This document shows positions 50,722 through 64,000 of a stretch of 64,000 nt of DNA, in pieces; the first letter of the stretch is position 1; each line of letters starts with the position of its first letter. Under the pieces are notes generated by a model. It made no database searches and had not been told where the DNA came from. It saw nothing but the letters and a program-made list of their open reading frames with translations. The position numbers were made by a program, and so were the translations under genes. The stretch comes from Octopus vulgaris (Eukaryota): contig OX597816.1 of the NCBI GenBank assembly GCA_951406725.2, positions 68,820,001 to 68,884,000 of the forward strand, read 5' to 3'.

Positions 50722-50930
50722 TGGCCTAGTGGTTAGGGCAGCGGACTTGCGGTCGGAGGATCGCGGTTTCGATTCCCAGACCGGGCGTTGTGTGTGTTTA
50801 TTGAGCGAAAAACACCTAAAAGCTCCACGATGCTCCGGCAGGAGGTGGTGATCCCTGCTGTACTCTTTCACCACTCTAAAAGGCGGTGCTCCAGCATGGC
50901 CGCAGTCAAAATGACTGAAACAAGTACAAA
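50722..50930 (+). mobile_element. Chimeric SINE: family D head plus family A tail
   Basis: 50722-50877 matches 8935-9090; 50878-50927 matches 30797-30843. Confidence 0.8.
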
Positions 50931-50937
50931 AAAAAAA

Positions 50938-50969
<32 letters not shown>

Positions 50970-52802
50970 ATGATGCAACAGAGTCAGTCGAGCGACCATG
51001 GTAAGAAGCAGTCGTTTAATCTGTAGTATGAAAGAGGTGGTTGTTTACTACAATTGTTTCAAACGTACATCATGCATGTTACATTTCATTCCGCATGTCT
51101 TGTAATAGCTTGGAGTGTTTCTTGGTCAGATACACTTGACCTTTTGTTGTTGAAAATAATATCTCATATAATATTGTTTTTCACATTCATAAAAAAAGAT
51201 TGAGGTTATTAGTTTACCAATCATCTCGTTTCCATTTCTGGACTTATTGGGGCTGTGAGTTGTTCTCTATAAGACCCCTGAATGGAAGAGAGTGAGGAAG
51301 AAACAGAGACAGTGGGAGAGGGTGAGGGAGAGAAATGGAGAGAGAAGAATCAAACATCGTATTTGTGTTGTATATATTTTTTCTCTAAAATTTGTAAGAC
51401 AGTTGAGTTAATTGTCGTAGGATTTGAACTCTGAGTAGAGAGAGTTAGAACAGATTCTACAAAGATCTTTAACCATCGGTCTTAAGATTATGACGACTAC
51501 CCAATTTGAAGAAAACGGGAATTAAGTGATAGGTATAGTATTTGATTGTGCCACTGCAGGTAATTCATAGTGTATTCATATATACACGGTAAGATTTGAT
51601 ATCAAAAGGAGAACGTTTAAAGGTATTTTCAACAAATGAGTATTTGCAATCTAATTAAATGTCTAGTTGGTGCCTTTTGCACCGAGTCAGCTTCCACAGA
51701 GCAGATTTATTACCAAATACGCTGATATCTCGATCATCGCGCTCTTTTTTTTCTTTCTCTTTTTTCTCGAGTGAATGGCAGCGAACCGACAAAACTTTTA
51801 GTGCATCGGACAAAAAGTTTAACATTATTGTTGGCAATTTGCGTTCTGAGATCAAGTTTCCCCAGGGTCGAACATAATTTTGGGGACGATAAAATATGTA
51901 CCAGTTCACATTGGAGTCTATGAAATCGATTTATCCTCGGGGGGGGGGAGGGTCCAATGGGACGACCTAGATGTGATGACATTATCCCTTACCTAAAATT
52001 GTTGGTTTCGTGACAATATCCGAAACCGTTTTTCTCCAATAACTACAACTACAAACCTGTTGTTCCTCTTACTTTAATGGCGCAGGTTTAGTTGTGATTT
52101 GTGGGGTACTTAGCTGCTGGTTCTCGGGGATAAAGCGAACAGCAAATGGACTTCTTGCAGTGGTCGATTAAATGCATATCATGGCGAGATTTATTAATCT
52201 ATAAATCATTGACATGTTAACATGTCACAGGAAAACGTTAGATACATCAATGCAGATACCATATCCAAATAAGGGTGGACATCACGATATTATGATTGGC
52301 TGATCTTCGACACTATTTTCAACCTTGCACCCAACATCTCTCTTTATATCTCTATCCTTTTCTTTCTCCCGTCTTTTCCTGCAGAAATCGTTTACAGCAA
52401 GATTAAATAACTTCATATATTACGATATTACTAAGTGAATTACCATATTACCAATGTATGCAAGTGTGTATGTATGTTAAGTGCGTAAGTATGACTGTAT
52501 ATTTAAATATATATATATATATACATGCTCATATTTGTGTTTATGTTTGTACATCAATATTCATACATATCTTTATGTATGTATGTGTATATATAAACAT
52601 ACATCATACGTATATATATATAAGCAAAAGACGTTCCAGCATTTACGCTTATATATATATATATATATATATACATACTATATACAAATATATGTATACT
52701 TACACGCAGATACATATATACTTATATGTTCATATATATACATATATATTTATGTATATGCCTATATATATATATACACACACACATTTATATGTACATA
52801 CA

Positions 52803-52855
<53 letters not shown>

Positions 52856-53943
52856 TTAAATAAATCCACACAAATATGTAAAATGTAAAGCAAACCTACA
52901 CTCCATTCATCTGATATGGAGCTACATTAATATGGTAATATACGCACATTTGGGATGCGTCCTAGCTATAAAATACTTTTAAATATCATTGACAAAGAGA
53001 AGCAATGAAAATGGGGTGGGATCATAGAATGTGTCAATTCTATATTGGATTGAACATCTGCTCTGTTTCGATTTTGCAGCAAATCTGTAGAGCTGATACA
53101 GTAATTCGTTATCGGCTAACATCAAAAAAGATTATAAACGAGAAAGCGTAGGAAGCTGATTTCCAGGCTAAAGCAAATCAAACTACTAGCGTTCTATTCT
53201 TCCTGTTATGGTTTCTTTTTCTCATTCATATCCTATTCCTTTTACTTCTTTTCTTTTATGCATTCCTTTTATTCCCCATTTCTTCTTTACATTCCATCAA
53301 CATTTTCCGTTTCTTTCCTTTTTCCTTTTTTTTCTTTCCTTCATTCTTTCTCTCTTTACCTATTTGTTTCTTAAGCTTTCTCGTTTCTAATCTCCATGTA
53401 TATTTTATCACGTTCGTTCCTTCGTTGATATTTTTGCCGCCATTCGTCTTCAATATTGGATTTCCCTTTACCTCTGCCATGCATGTTTTATCTTCCTGTT
53501 ACAGATAATCTATCAATCTCACTTACTCACTCTCTCTTTTCAGCCATTCTTTCCATCCTTCGTGTCTTTTAATCTCCAAATCTCCACTTCATTTACTTAA
53601 CCTCCCCTCCTATTCACGCTGAAGATACAGAGATATACATAAATACATTGACATACATAAATACAGAGACACACATAAAGGCATACGCGCGCACGCCCCC
53701 CACATACACCCACAACGCTATATGCACGTGCATGCACCCACAAAAATACACATGCATATTTGCATATGCATATAGGACTGCAGGTGTCTTTACAATGCTT
53801 AACACGCTAAATATTTATATTTGCAATTAATAACTTAGTTACAATATACATACTTAACATACATATATATGTATGTATATATGCATACATATATGCATAT
53901 GTATATATATATATATACATATATACATACATATATGTATATA

Positions 53944-53992
<49 letters not shown>

Positions 53993-54536
53993 TTCAATAC
54001 ATACATTGGATCACAAGTTGTGGGTGTGCACATGCATACATATAAACATACCCCTTGGTTTAAGGCTCAGTAGCAGTAATTTCTACTAGAGCCCTGAGCC
54101 GACTTATGTATTGAGAGTTGATATCGCCCCCAGAAGCCGTACGGGATTCCGTTGCACATCTTTGTTTTTGTGTGGATGTATGTGTGTTTGTGTGCCTTTG
54201 TATGTGTCCACAGCCGGTTGTGGTTTGATTAACTGTAGGTAGCGATTCGGTATACGTGAGCCTAGTAAGTAGCAGGTAGTTTGAGGAAGCCCTTCAAAAA
54301 TATGCCCCTGTATGGCTCGTCTATGTACAACTCATACCTTTCATACATACACGGATATGCTGGATGCTCGTAGCGGTGAACAACTTTTTACTTTCGTATG
54401 TACTGCTGAATTGAGAAAAGAAATGAAATGGAATTTTTCGGAATGATTTGCTTTGCCAAAGAGGACCAGAGTCGTTTCTTAGTTAACTTTTAATGTTCTA
54501 CTTGGTCCCCTTGGTATGGTGTGTGTGTGTGTGTGC

Positions 54537-54570
<34 letters not shown>

Positions 54571-55085
54571 GAGATATGTGGGTATTTACTTTTCACGCGA
54601 AAACTAGTTCACTAATTGCTTTCATACTTGTAATGCATGAATAATTTGACCTCGGACAAATAATAGTTAAGCCGACAAATTTGACACTCTTCTTGTGGGC
54701 ATGGTCATATATGTATAGAGAAATACACGAGTAAAGAAGACTGTAGACAATGAAAATAACTTGGAAACGGAAAATAGGATTCTTAATATGCAGGGAAGGA
54801 AGTAAATAAGAAATTTTAGCTGAAAATAAAGCATTGAACGGGTTCAAACGAATTTCGTCACTCAGTAAACAAAAGAGCCAGTGAACAACAGAAAAACACA
54901 AAACCGTACAGATTGAAATGAAATTTATGAAAATGCTTCTATCAGTAAATTATGAAATTACTTACATCAGTAATTGTGAAATTCTTTCTGTCAGTAATTT
55001 GTCGTTGTTTGTAAATAGCGATTGAAAACTTAGACATACAGTGTGAAATAAGTTAAACAAACGTGTATTTATGTTATATAAATAT

Positions 55086-55248
55086 AGGCGCAGCGTGGCT
55101 GTGAGGTAAGAAGCTTGCTTCCCAACCACATAGTTCCAGGTTCAGTCCCACTGACACCTTGAGTGAGTGTCTTCTACTGTAACCTCGGGCCGACCAAAAG
55201 CCTTGTGAGTGGATTTGGTAGACGGAAACTAAAAGAAGCCCACCGTAT
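55086..55248 (+). mobile_element. SINE family A head
   Basis: ggcgcagcgtggctgtgaggtaagaagcttgcttcccaaccac...aagaagccc. Confidence 0.85.
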
Positions 55249-55856
55249 GTATATATATATATATATATATATGCATTTTTATTTGATCTCTCTATTTTTT
55301 TTCATTCACTAGACTGCAACATTACTGCGGCGCATTCTTGGAGATTTTTAGCCTAAGCCCATACAAATGATAGATTTTAAAATTGTACGTGTAAAATGTG
55401 GCAATATTATGCACTTCCCTGAATTTGTTTAATTATAATTGCAATAAAATTGGGTATGTTTAATGAATGTTTACGTAAGCTGCAGCAATAAAATCGTGTG
55501 GGAGAAGGCGAATTATCTGAAACCTATCCTCTAAATAATATTCCTTTCTAGATTTTATAAAAATTGTATATATCTGAGAAGGCATAATTCTGGGAAGTTT
55601 CCTTAAAAATAGGCATTTTAAAGACGTGTAACAAAACATGTTTGCAAGGGTTTTGAATGTTCCGAAAATCTTCTCGCAAAATACTTTTTTGCAATATCAT
55701 CAACACATTTTAAGTCTGCACGTTTCTCTGCCAAATTATTTTTATCAGAAATTTATGTGGACGTGTAACCGACGGGGGCGCAGAGATACCGAATTGCAGG
55801 TAAAGCTATACATGTATAATATAAGGCAACTCAAAGAAATATGTATGTATGTGTAT

Positions 55857-55921
<65 letters not shown>

Positions 55922-56489
55922 ATAGGGTTATGACCTTCTCACAACCTAATAGCCCTATACTGTAATTTGACGACTAATTTCGTGAAAATTAGGTAAATAA
56001 CATTTATTGTGCTTTATTTGAAAATAACGTAACCCCCAAAGTTCGATCACCACTTTTGATCGAAATCATTCAAAAGTCTAGTGGGGTTCATAACGGTAAA
56101 ATTCTGTAGTTATTATCAGTTTTGTCTTCATTTTCCGTTTCGAGGGTGTGCTGAATAGTTCTTGGCTGTGGATAATAGAAAATAAAGTAGGATAATTTAA
56201 TTATGGTTTCATTTAACATATTCCTCTCTCAGATTCATCCAGTTATTGCAGCGGTTCTTCAGTTTTTCTAAGACCCGAAAAAGAACTCGAAAGTTTGGGT
56301 CTGCAACAGTGCCTTTCACGATAACATTAAAGCCAGGAAATTTTAAGCACCTCTTGTAGATCTTCGAAACTATATATGTAGCTTCAATGAATGAGAATGT
56401 GACCTCGTTTAAACGACTACTTCAATAATTAGAACCGTTTCAATTAAGAGATCCTCTTTTATAATTAAACGTGTTTTAATTTTATCTCT

Positions 56490-57155
56490 ATATTCTGTTT
56501 GTTTCAGTCACTAGACTGCAGCCATTGTGTCGCCATCTTGAAGGATTTTAGTCGAACGTTTTCACCTCAGTACTAATTCATTTTAAAGTACTTATGCTAT
56601 CGGTTTACTGAAACGCTAATGCACGGGAAAGTAACCTAACCAATACAATTTGTCAAACGGTAGGAGAGAACAAGGTGGTGAGCTGGCAGAAACGTTTACA
56701 CGCCGGGCGAAATGCTTAGCGGTATTTCGTCTGCATTACGTTGTGAGTTCAAATTCCGCCGAGGTCGACTTCGCCTTTCATCCTTTCGGGGTCGATAAAT
56801 TAAGTACCAGTTACGCACTGGGGTCGATGTAATCGACTTAATACCTATGTCTGTCCTTGTTTGTCTCCTCTGTGTTTAGCCCCTTGTGGGTAATAAAGAA
56901 ATAGGTAAGAGAGAACAAACACAGACTAACAGATACAGACAGACACACTGACACACTGACACACACACACACACACACACACATACACACAATATATAAA
57001 AATACTCCTATATACATGAAGGTCTTTCACACATTTTTCACGTACCGAATTCACTCACAATGTACTGGTCGGTCCGGAACTATGATAAAAACTCTTGCCC
57101 TACGTGTCGAATAGCGGGACTAAACCCGAAACCGCATGGTTCTAAGGCGAGCTTC
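56490..57155 (-). mobile_element. Decayed SINE family A interrupted by SINE B
   Basis: rc tail 56490-56670; rc head ~57020-57155. Confidence 0.65.
56672..56903 (+). mobile_element. SINE family B, full-length monomer with ~15-bp TSD
   Basis: GGTAGGAGAGAACAA at 56659-56673 vs GGTAAGAGAGAACAA at 56904-56918; B-box-like GAGTTCAAATTCC. Confidence 0.9.
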
Positions 57156-58199
57156 TGACGAAACACCAGCAGAATTTGAGGTTTTTTTCCACTAGGATTA
57201 AATCATACGTACGTTGCAGTATAAAATGTTGCGCAAAGATAATCATTACTCTATGAAGTGATTGCATGTCTAAAGCTCTAAAAGGCAATCATCTAATATT
57301 CATTGAAGGAAGTGGAAATCCTTTGACGTGCTGCTTTATCATCCTGTTTGTTTGCTTTAAATGAGATTAGTTTCTTATATCAATCCATTGCAAGTTGCTT
57401 TGTCCGTTTCGTGAAGAATAGTGTACAATTCTTCTAGTCTTATGAATATTTGACGTCATTTCAAATACCCAAATTTCCGTTCTGTGTCATGGCCTATAAA
57501 ATCAGAGCTCAAAGCAAATAGCAAGGTTAAATTAAGGAAGAAATTGTATAAATGCTTCAGAAATTGCCCTTTTGCAAGCAATATGAGGAAGCTTAACGTA
57601 AACCCAACAAAGTTCGGAAAATACAAATGTTACCCACTTTCGTTTTCGGTTTCAGGTCCTAAAATATAAAGTATGATTTATATCGAACGATTTTGTTTTT
57701 AGATATGTTATAAAGTGGTGTCACATAATTTTAAAACGATATTTCAAACTTGCAGGTGTGCACACGCATAGGCACACATGCATACAACATTCTCTCAATA
57801 CACAACACACAAACATACACATACACATACTCGGATACATATACACACACACACACAACTCCGAGGAAGCTGTAACATGTTGTACAAGCACTCAGCTCTG
57901 ACTGTACAACTTTTTATAGTATAAAGTCACAAGCTAATGAAGCTGACTATGTAATTCCTATGCTTGTCATTAATTCGTTAATATTAATTTCAAACACAAT
58001 GGTTGCATGATGTGACAGGGTGGTACACTAACACTGACGGTGGAGCACGTGTGGCTTTTCAGACTACTTCGTCTGCTTTGGTCTATATCTGACACCAGGC
58101 GCTCGCTTGTGACTCCTGAAACATCTGTGCATGCATCTGCTGCTACATCCCGGCCAATGGTTACTGCAGGCCGGCTAAAATATGGTGAGGGTAGCAGAT

Positions 58200-60425
58200 G
58201 GGTTTCAATCCCTCGCCGAGCAAGAGCATGTCTACTTATGCATAAGAAGACCAACCCAACAGACTGTGCGGAGGAAACCAGCAGATTGGATCAACGAGCA
58301 GGAGCAGGGATCATCGTGCGCTGTTAGTCGTGAACAGAGCGGTACAGTTCCGGATTGGACGGTAGAGGGAAGAACAACATGGTTAATGAGAGATCGTTCA
58401 AAGTGTAATGAAGTTGGCACCTACCGACCAATTTCTTGTTTAACCTCCTATGGAAAGTATTAACAGATACCCTCACAAGGAAAATATATACTTTCATTGC
58501 GGAAAACAATTTTTTTCTGGTAGAACAAAAGGGATGCCGAAAAGGGATCCAAGGGCACCAAGGACGACCTTGTGATAGACAATGTTATAATGAAGAACTC
58601 TAAACGATGCTAAAACCAATTATACATGGCGTGGATAGACTTCAAAAACGCTTACGACATGTTGCCGCATTCGTTGATATTAGAAACACTCGATATGTGT
58701 GGAATAGCTGAGAACGTGTATGTACTGACTAAAAACAGCATGCCTAGTCGGAAAACGCGTCTTTCCTGTAACAACTAGCAGTTAGCCAAGGTAACAATCA
58801 AAAGAGGTATCTTCCGAGGAGATTCTTGTTCACCTTGTTCTTTGTTATAGCCTTAATCCCACTCTCTGTAGTCCTACGCAAAATCAACGTGCACTATGAG
58901 CTGAGAAAGAACGGACTTCGTTTCAACCACCATCTCTTCGTGAATGATTTAAAACTCTTCGCAAAAGCAGAGCATCAAATAGAGAGGCAGGTTGCGACTG
59001 TGCAAATGTGAAGCAAGGATATACGGATGTAATTCGGTATCTCGAAGTGTGCGTTGCTTACTTTGAAACTGGGAAAAAGAGTAAATTGTAGGAGCATAGA
59101 ATGACCAAACGGAGAGGGAATGGGATCCTGGAGCTGGACCATATCTGGAACAGAGAAATGAAAGACAAGGTCATCACTGTATAGTTCGAGTGCCTCAAAT
59201 TTCTCTCGAAATCAAAGCTCAAGTCAAAGAACTTTGTGACTGCCATCAATATATGGGCGGTTGTTGTTGTTCGCTATAGCGCAGGCACAAGCGGAGATTG
59301 ACCAACTCGATCGCACTACCCGAAAGACAACGACAATGCATGATGCCCTCCACCCTAAGGCAGATGTACACAGTCTTTACAAGAAGAGAGTTAAGAATGA
59401 ACGTGGGCTGATTAGCGTACTCGAGTGTATCAACAGTGAAAGAAGAAACATGGCAGAATATTTGGTAAACAGCAAAGAAGACCTGCTACAGTATACTGCT
59501 AGTGCAGAAGGTGTTAACAAAATTGGACATGAATTCCGAACAAGAACAGCCAACTAGAGAGAGAAGAAACCCTAATCCGTATGGAATTACATAGTCAGTT
59601 CCACCGTGAAACCAACAAATTAAAAGACCAGGATGCATTATAGAGGTGGCTTAACAAAGGTGACTTAAAAAAGAATACCGAAAGCCTAATCTTCGCGGAC
59701 CAGGACCAGGCATGAATACCAACTCAGTGAAAAAGAATATGTACCACACAAGTGCATCGGACCTCTGCAGAATGTGTGGGATTGTGACTCACATTTTTCG
59801 TGCTTGTGAAAGTCTTGAACAGAAAGAGTACAAGCGTAGACACGACAAAATAACCCAAAACCTCCCCTGGCTACTATGCCATAGGTATGGATATGAGGTT
59901 ACGGGTATTTCGTACCAAAATACAACGGAAAAGGCAATGGACGAAAAGGGGAAGGAAAAATCCACTGGGACTTTTATTTCTAGACAGACAGTGTTAGAGC
60001 ACTGAAGGTCGGATATAGTAACCCTTAGAAGGGACAAACAAGAGTGCTTAATAATCGAGGTAGTAGAGCCAGGAGATCAACACATCATCAGGAAAAAAAG
60101 AGAAAAACTTGATTAATATGGAGACCTGAGAACTGTGATCGCTTAGATGCAGCAGCTAAGAGAATCGAGCATAAAGGTTATCCCTATTGTCATCGAAGCA
60201 TTGAGTTCACTACCACCCAATCTGGAAAACATCTGAAAGCCTTAGGGATACCCAACAATCTAGATATATTGTATGAGGGGGCATTACTTGGAACTGCACG
60301 TATATTGTATAAAATACTCCATGTCTGAGGTCCTTGTTGTGACTTGACAAACAGTACAAAGCCCTCGGTAGACACAATATCTTCAATCAACAACCTCACG
60401 ATATTGTATACTGTGCGAAAATCTA
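58200..60425 (+). pseudogene. R4/Dong-like LINE (RT, CCHC and restriction-like endonuclease), 5' truncated and disrupted
   Basis: YRPISCL, EQKGCRKG, MAWIDFKNAYD, KRGIFRGDS, HLFVNDLKLF, LHPKADV, CRMC and KEYKRRHD in order; (TAA)n tail at 60426-60517. Confidence 0.9.
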
Positions 60426-60433
60426 TAATAATG

Positions 60434-60517
<84 letters not shown>

Positions 60518-61026
60518 TTGAGAAGAGCATTGTCGATGTGAGAACTACTGCTGCTCATGTATTTTAATTTAACAAAAAAAAAAAAAAAAATGAACGAACT
60601 ATTGAGTTTGGTTTAATGGCCTACCAATGTATACTATGAGTTTCTTTGCCCTAGGAGTCGGGAAGACACTCGGCAAGAAATGGAAGCAAATTTGAAAGAA
60701 GAAAAAAAAAGTAATAATAATAATATTAATAATAATAATAATAATAAGAAGAAGAATAGCAAAAAGAAGACGAGTGTCATTGTTATCAAGTGAATGATAT
60801 TTCGGCATCTATTGTGCCTTCCACAGGTTCAAAAAAATAAACTAGTCAATCTACTTCATTTTTGGTAAAATTTTATAGGATTGAGTTAACTCCTCCAGTA
60901 GGTATACATAAGTGAAAAAAAGAAGAGTAGCATTTCACTTGATAACAATGGCATTCTTTTTTTTTTTTTGCTTCTGTATACCTACTGAAGGAGTTACCTC
61001 AGTCCTATATAATAATATTAATAATC

Positions 61027-61131
<105 letters not shown>

Positions 61132-61133
61132 GT

Positions 61134-61710
61134 AATGCCCTGATGCAGTATAAATGCTCTGATGCGATATCAGGCAGTGGCCCTCATGGCTTCTGATCTT
61201 AACTGATTGGAAGTGTCATCTTGTACATTGATTTGTCTTGGTATAAAAGATGGGCTACATCAAATATTCTGCTCAATACCACAGATTTGCTTGTCAGTTG
61301 TTTGACCATAACCAGTTGAGCACGTCCCTCAGTGGCTGACGATATGTGCATCTCTGATCAAGAGCAGAAGTAGTGGGGAAGCATCATAGCCATGTGTTGA
61401 GAGGGATTCTTTGGGGGTTGAATAATTCACCTTTGAAAACATGTGTGTTTCGTTCAACAGCCTTAAACAACCCTTATTCATGGACCTTTTGGGCGGGATG
61501 GGCTACGCGATCAGAAGAAAATTCTCACTGGGCCCCACCTGCAAGGTCATGTGCTGTTTATCTTGATATGAGATCACCATGTCGCGCACATATGGTTGTG
61601 ATGCATGTGCCTGGTGTACCCTTATCAGACGGGTAGTCATGATGGGTATACTGGGCTTCGTATATTTTACTCCAGTGTCACTTTGATGGCATGCACTGCT
61701 CTCTCGCTCA
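61134..61710 (+). mobile_element. ~570-bp non-coding element inserted in (TAA)n
   Basis: Homologue of 26296-26840; (TAA)n on both sides. Confidence 0.8.
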
Positions 61711-61715
61711 ATAAC

Positions 61716-61770
<55 letters not shown>

Positions 61771-62214
61771 TACCGGGGATCTTTAACAATAATAGATCGG
61801 GGACGTTTAACGAATAATACACCGGGGACGTTTAACATGTGAGAGCGATAAAAGATGGCTCCGAACTTTATCCAAAAACATCGGAAATAAAGACATCGCA
61901 TGGAATGAAATATAGCTGACAAAGGGTTGGACTATATCCGAGTAAGTAAAACTCATTGAAATTTATTTCTATTTCCCAAATGAAATGATGTATTTTAACT
62001 GTATATCATCTCCACTGCTTGAACAGCACATGGAAACACGCTTGATGCTTTACGATCCATCTCCGGCCCCAAACACCATGTACAAAAAAAATACAATTAA
62101 CTTAAATAATAACGGTATTATTCAACCCAAGAATAACAATTGTGAAGGGCTTACTTTACAATTGTTACACAAAAACTACGAAAAATTACATCCCTTTCTT
62201 GTTTTTCTAACATG

Positions 62215-63244
62215 CACCATAAATATTCAATAATAATGAAATCTGGGGACTGTGGTGGCTAGATAAGACGTTCAACGTCACTAGAATGTTCTCCGTGCCA
62301 TTCAGTAACATCTTTAGCTATGTGAATTGGTGCATTATCATCCTGAAAGATTGCGTTTCCTCCCGGAAACAATTCAACAACCATAGGATGAATTTGATCA
62401 GATAAATGCTTAAAAAGTCTTGATATTAATTCTACCATGAAAGGAAACCATTGGGTAGGCGGATTTTCAAGTTATAGACCCCACCAGATCCTCACAGTTC
62501 CTCCTCCATGTTTAGAAGAATGTAGTCTGGGTCATTCTTCTTTTGGCTGTCTCCAAACGTATACTCGGCCGGTGGTCGTAAATAAGGTTAAGGATGACTC
62601 GTCCGAAAATATAACATTCTTCCAGTGCTCCAGGGACCAATTCTGTAGGTTCTTACTCCACTCTAAACGTTTTGCAACGTTTGTTTTCGTAAGTAGTGGT
62701 TTTCTGATTGCAGCCCTCCCGTGAAATCTGGCTTTGTGCAGCTCCCGGCGAACAGTTTTTTGTGGAAACTGTGTTTTCGAGTTGGTCATTAAACTCTGCA
62801 GTAATTTTGAGAGCTGTACTTCTATGATCCTTTCTAACAATTCGCGTAAGAGTCTGACCGTCTCTATCTACATGTTTTAGGTTTCTTCTGGAGTTTTGCT
62901 TCGACGAGGAGGTTTAATCCTCTTTCTCAAAGGCTGTCATAACTTTCCAGACAATACTTCTTGATTCCCCAAATATTTCGGCTGTTTTCGTTACGCTAGC
63001 GCCTGCCATACCAACACTAACTATTTGACCTATTTGTAAGTCCGTTAGATCAGTCATTTAATGAATTTTTATTACCTTTTTCTGATGTTAACTGAAAAGG
63101 GACAGCAATTTTAGCAAAACATTAAGCAACACTAATAATAACTAAAAACATATAAAAATAAGCAAGCGTTTGACGTTTTTATAGATATTTCAAAATTATT
63201 TTGCAATGATGCTAGTTGTTTCCATTATTCTATCCAACTCCTGT
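62215..63244 (-). mobile_element. Tc1-family transposon: 5' TIR and decayed transposase, 3' end missing
   Basis: KTVRRELHK...AAIRKP...WKNVIFSDES, FQDDNAPIH and PQSPD; TIR at ~63215-63244. Confidence 0.9.
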
Positions 63245-63273
63245 ATATGCATATACATATGTATAAATGTATA

Positions 63274-63402
<129 letters not shown>

Positions 63403-63429
63403 CTTTCCCTGTCTCTCTCTATCTATCTA

Positions 63430-64000
63430 TCTGGACCGAATTGCCCGAGATGCAGTCAGAGCGAAGAGACCATTCTGCATGCACTCGTGCAGAGTCCAAC
63501 CATTTGGACGGCTGCTGTCTTGTGTGGGAGTCCGCCTATCGGCCGTGTCTATCGTGAGAGTTGATCCGCCCCCTTCCCTCAACCAGGAAGGCAAGGCAGT
63601 TTTCATCGTACTGGTGGCCATGGTGAAAGAATGTGTGCGGTGGACTCGAGGGAAAGGATTAGAGACAAACACCTCTCTGGCCAATCGCTCATCAACTCTT
63701 TCAAGAACCACTTGAAAAGGAAGGTGAGAATGGAGAGGCAGGTTTTGTCTCGTGAAAGTTTAAAAAAAAGGTGGGTGAATGTAGCAAAGATGGTGCGTGC
63801 GAGTGACGAAACCACTTTGAGCATGATCTTGTAAATCGTAAAAGAGAGAGAGAGAGAGAGCACTTTGTGTTTTTTCCTCCCTGCCTGAGGTTACCGTGGT
63901 CTTTTCTTTAGGCTTTTCTTTCCACGGATGAACCTAATCCTGTTTTGTTACTTTGAAAATTTTTTTTTCTCTCTGTGATACACGATCCCTTTTGATCGAA
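63430..64000 (+). mobile_element. L1/Tx1-type LINE 3' region
   Basis: CPRCSQSEETILHALVQ...FKNHLKRKVRMERQVL...RWVNVAKM; homologous to 21595-22227; begins at a (TATC)n tract. Confidence 0.75.

Overview
AT-rich, microsatellite-saturated eukaryotic non-coding DNA (intronic or intergenic). The SINE repertoire resembles that of octopus/cephalopod genomes; this is inference from recalled repeat families, not a search. I found no supportable host gene, and nearly all listed ORFs are translated (TA)n/(CA)n/(TATC)n/(TAA)n tracts. Recognisable content is decayed transposons: R4/Dong-like LINEs beside (TAA)n, a CR1-type LINE, Tx1/L1-type fragments, Tc1 and mariner relics, a non-autonomous Helitron and at least four tRNA-headed SINE families. 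The most striking signal is about a dozen type I hammerhead ribozyme (HHR) motifs in short elements, most of them embedded in (TA)n arrays. They include a textbook minimal HHR in a 353-nt partial-tandem retrozyme-like unit (18403-18946), an HHR downstream of a GIY-YIG remnant (Penelope-like, ~17.1-17.5 kb) and back-to-back palindromic HHR pairs (1.0, 9.3, 14.4, 40.1-40.8 kb). All folds and alignments were done by eye, and element boundaries are approximate.
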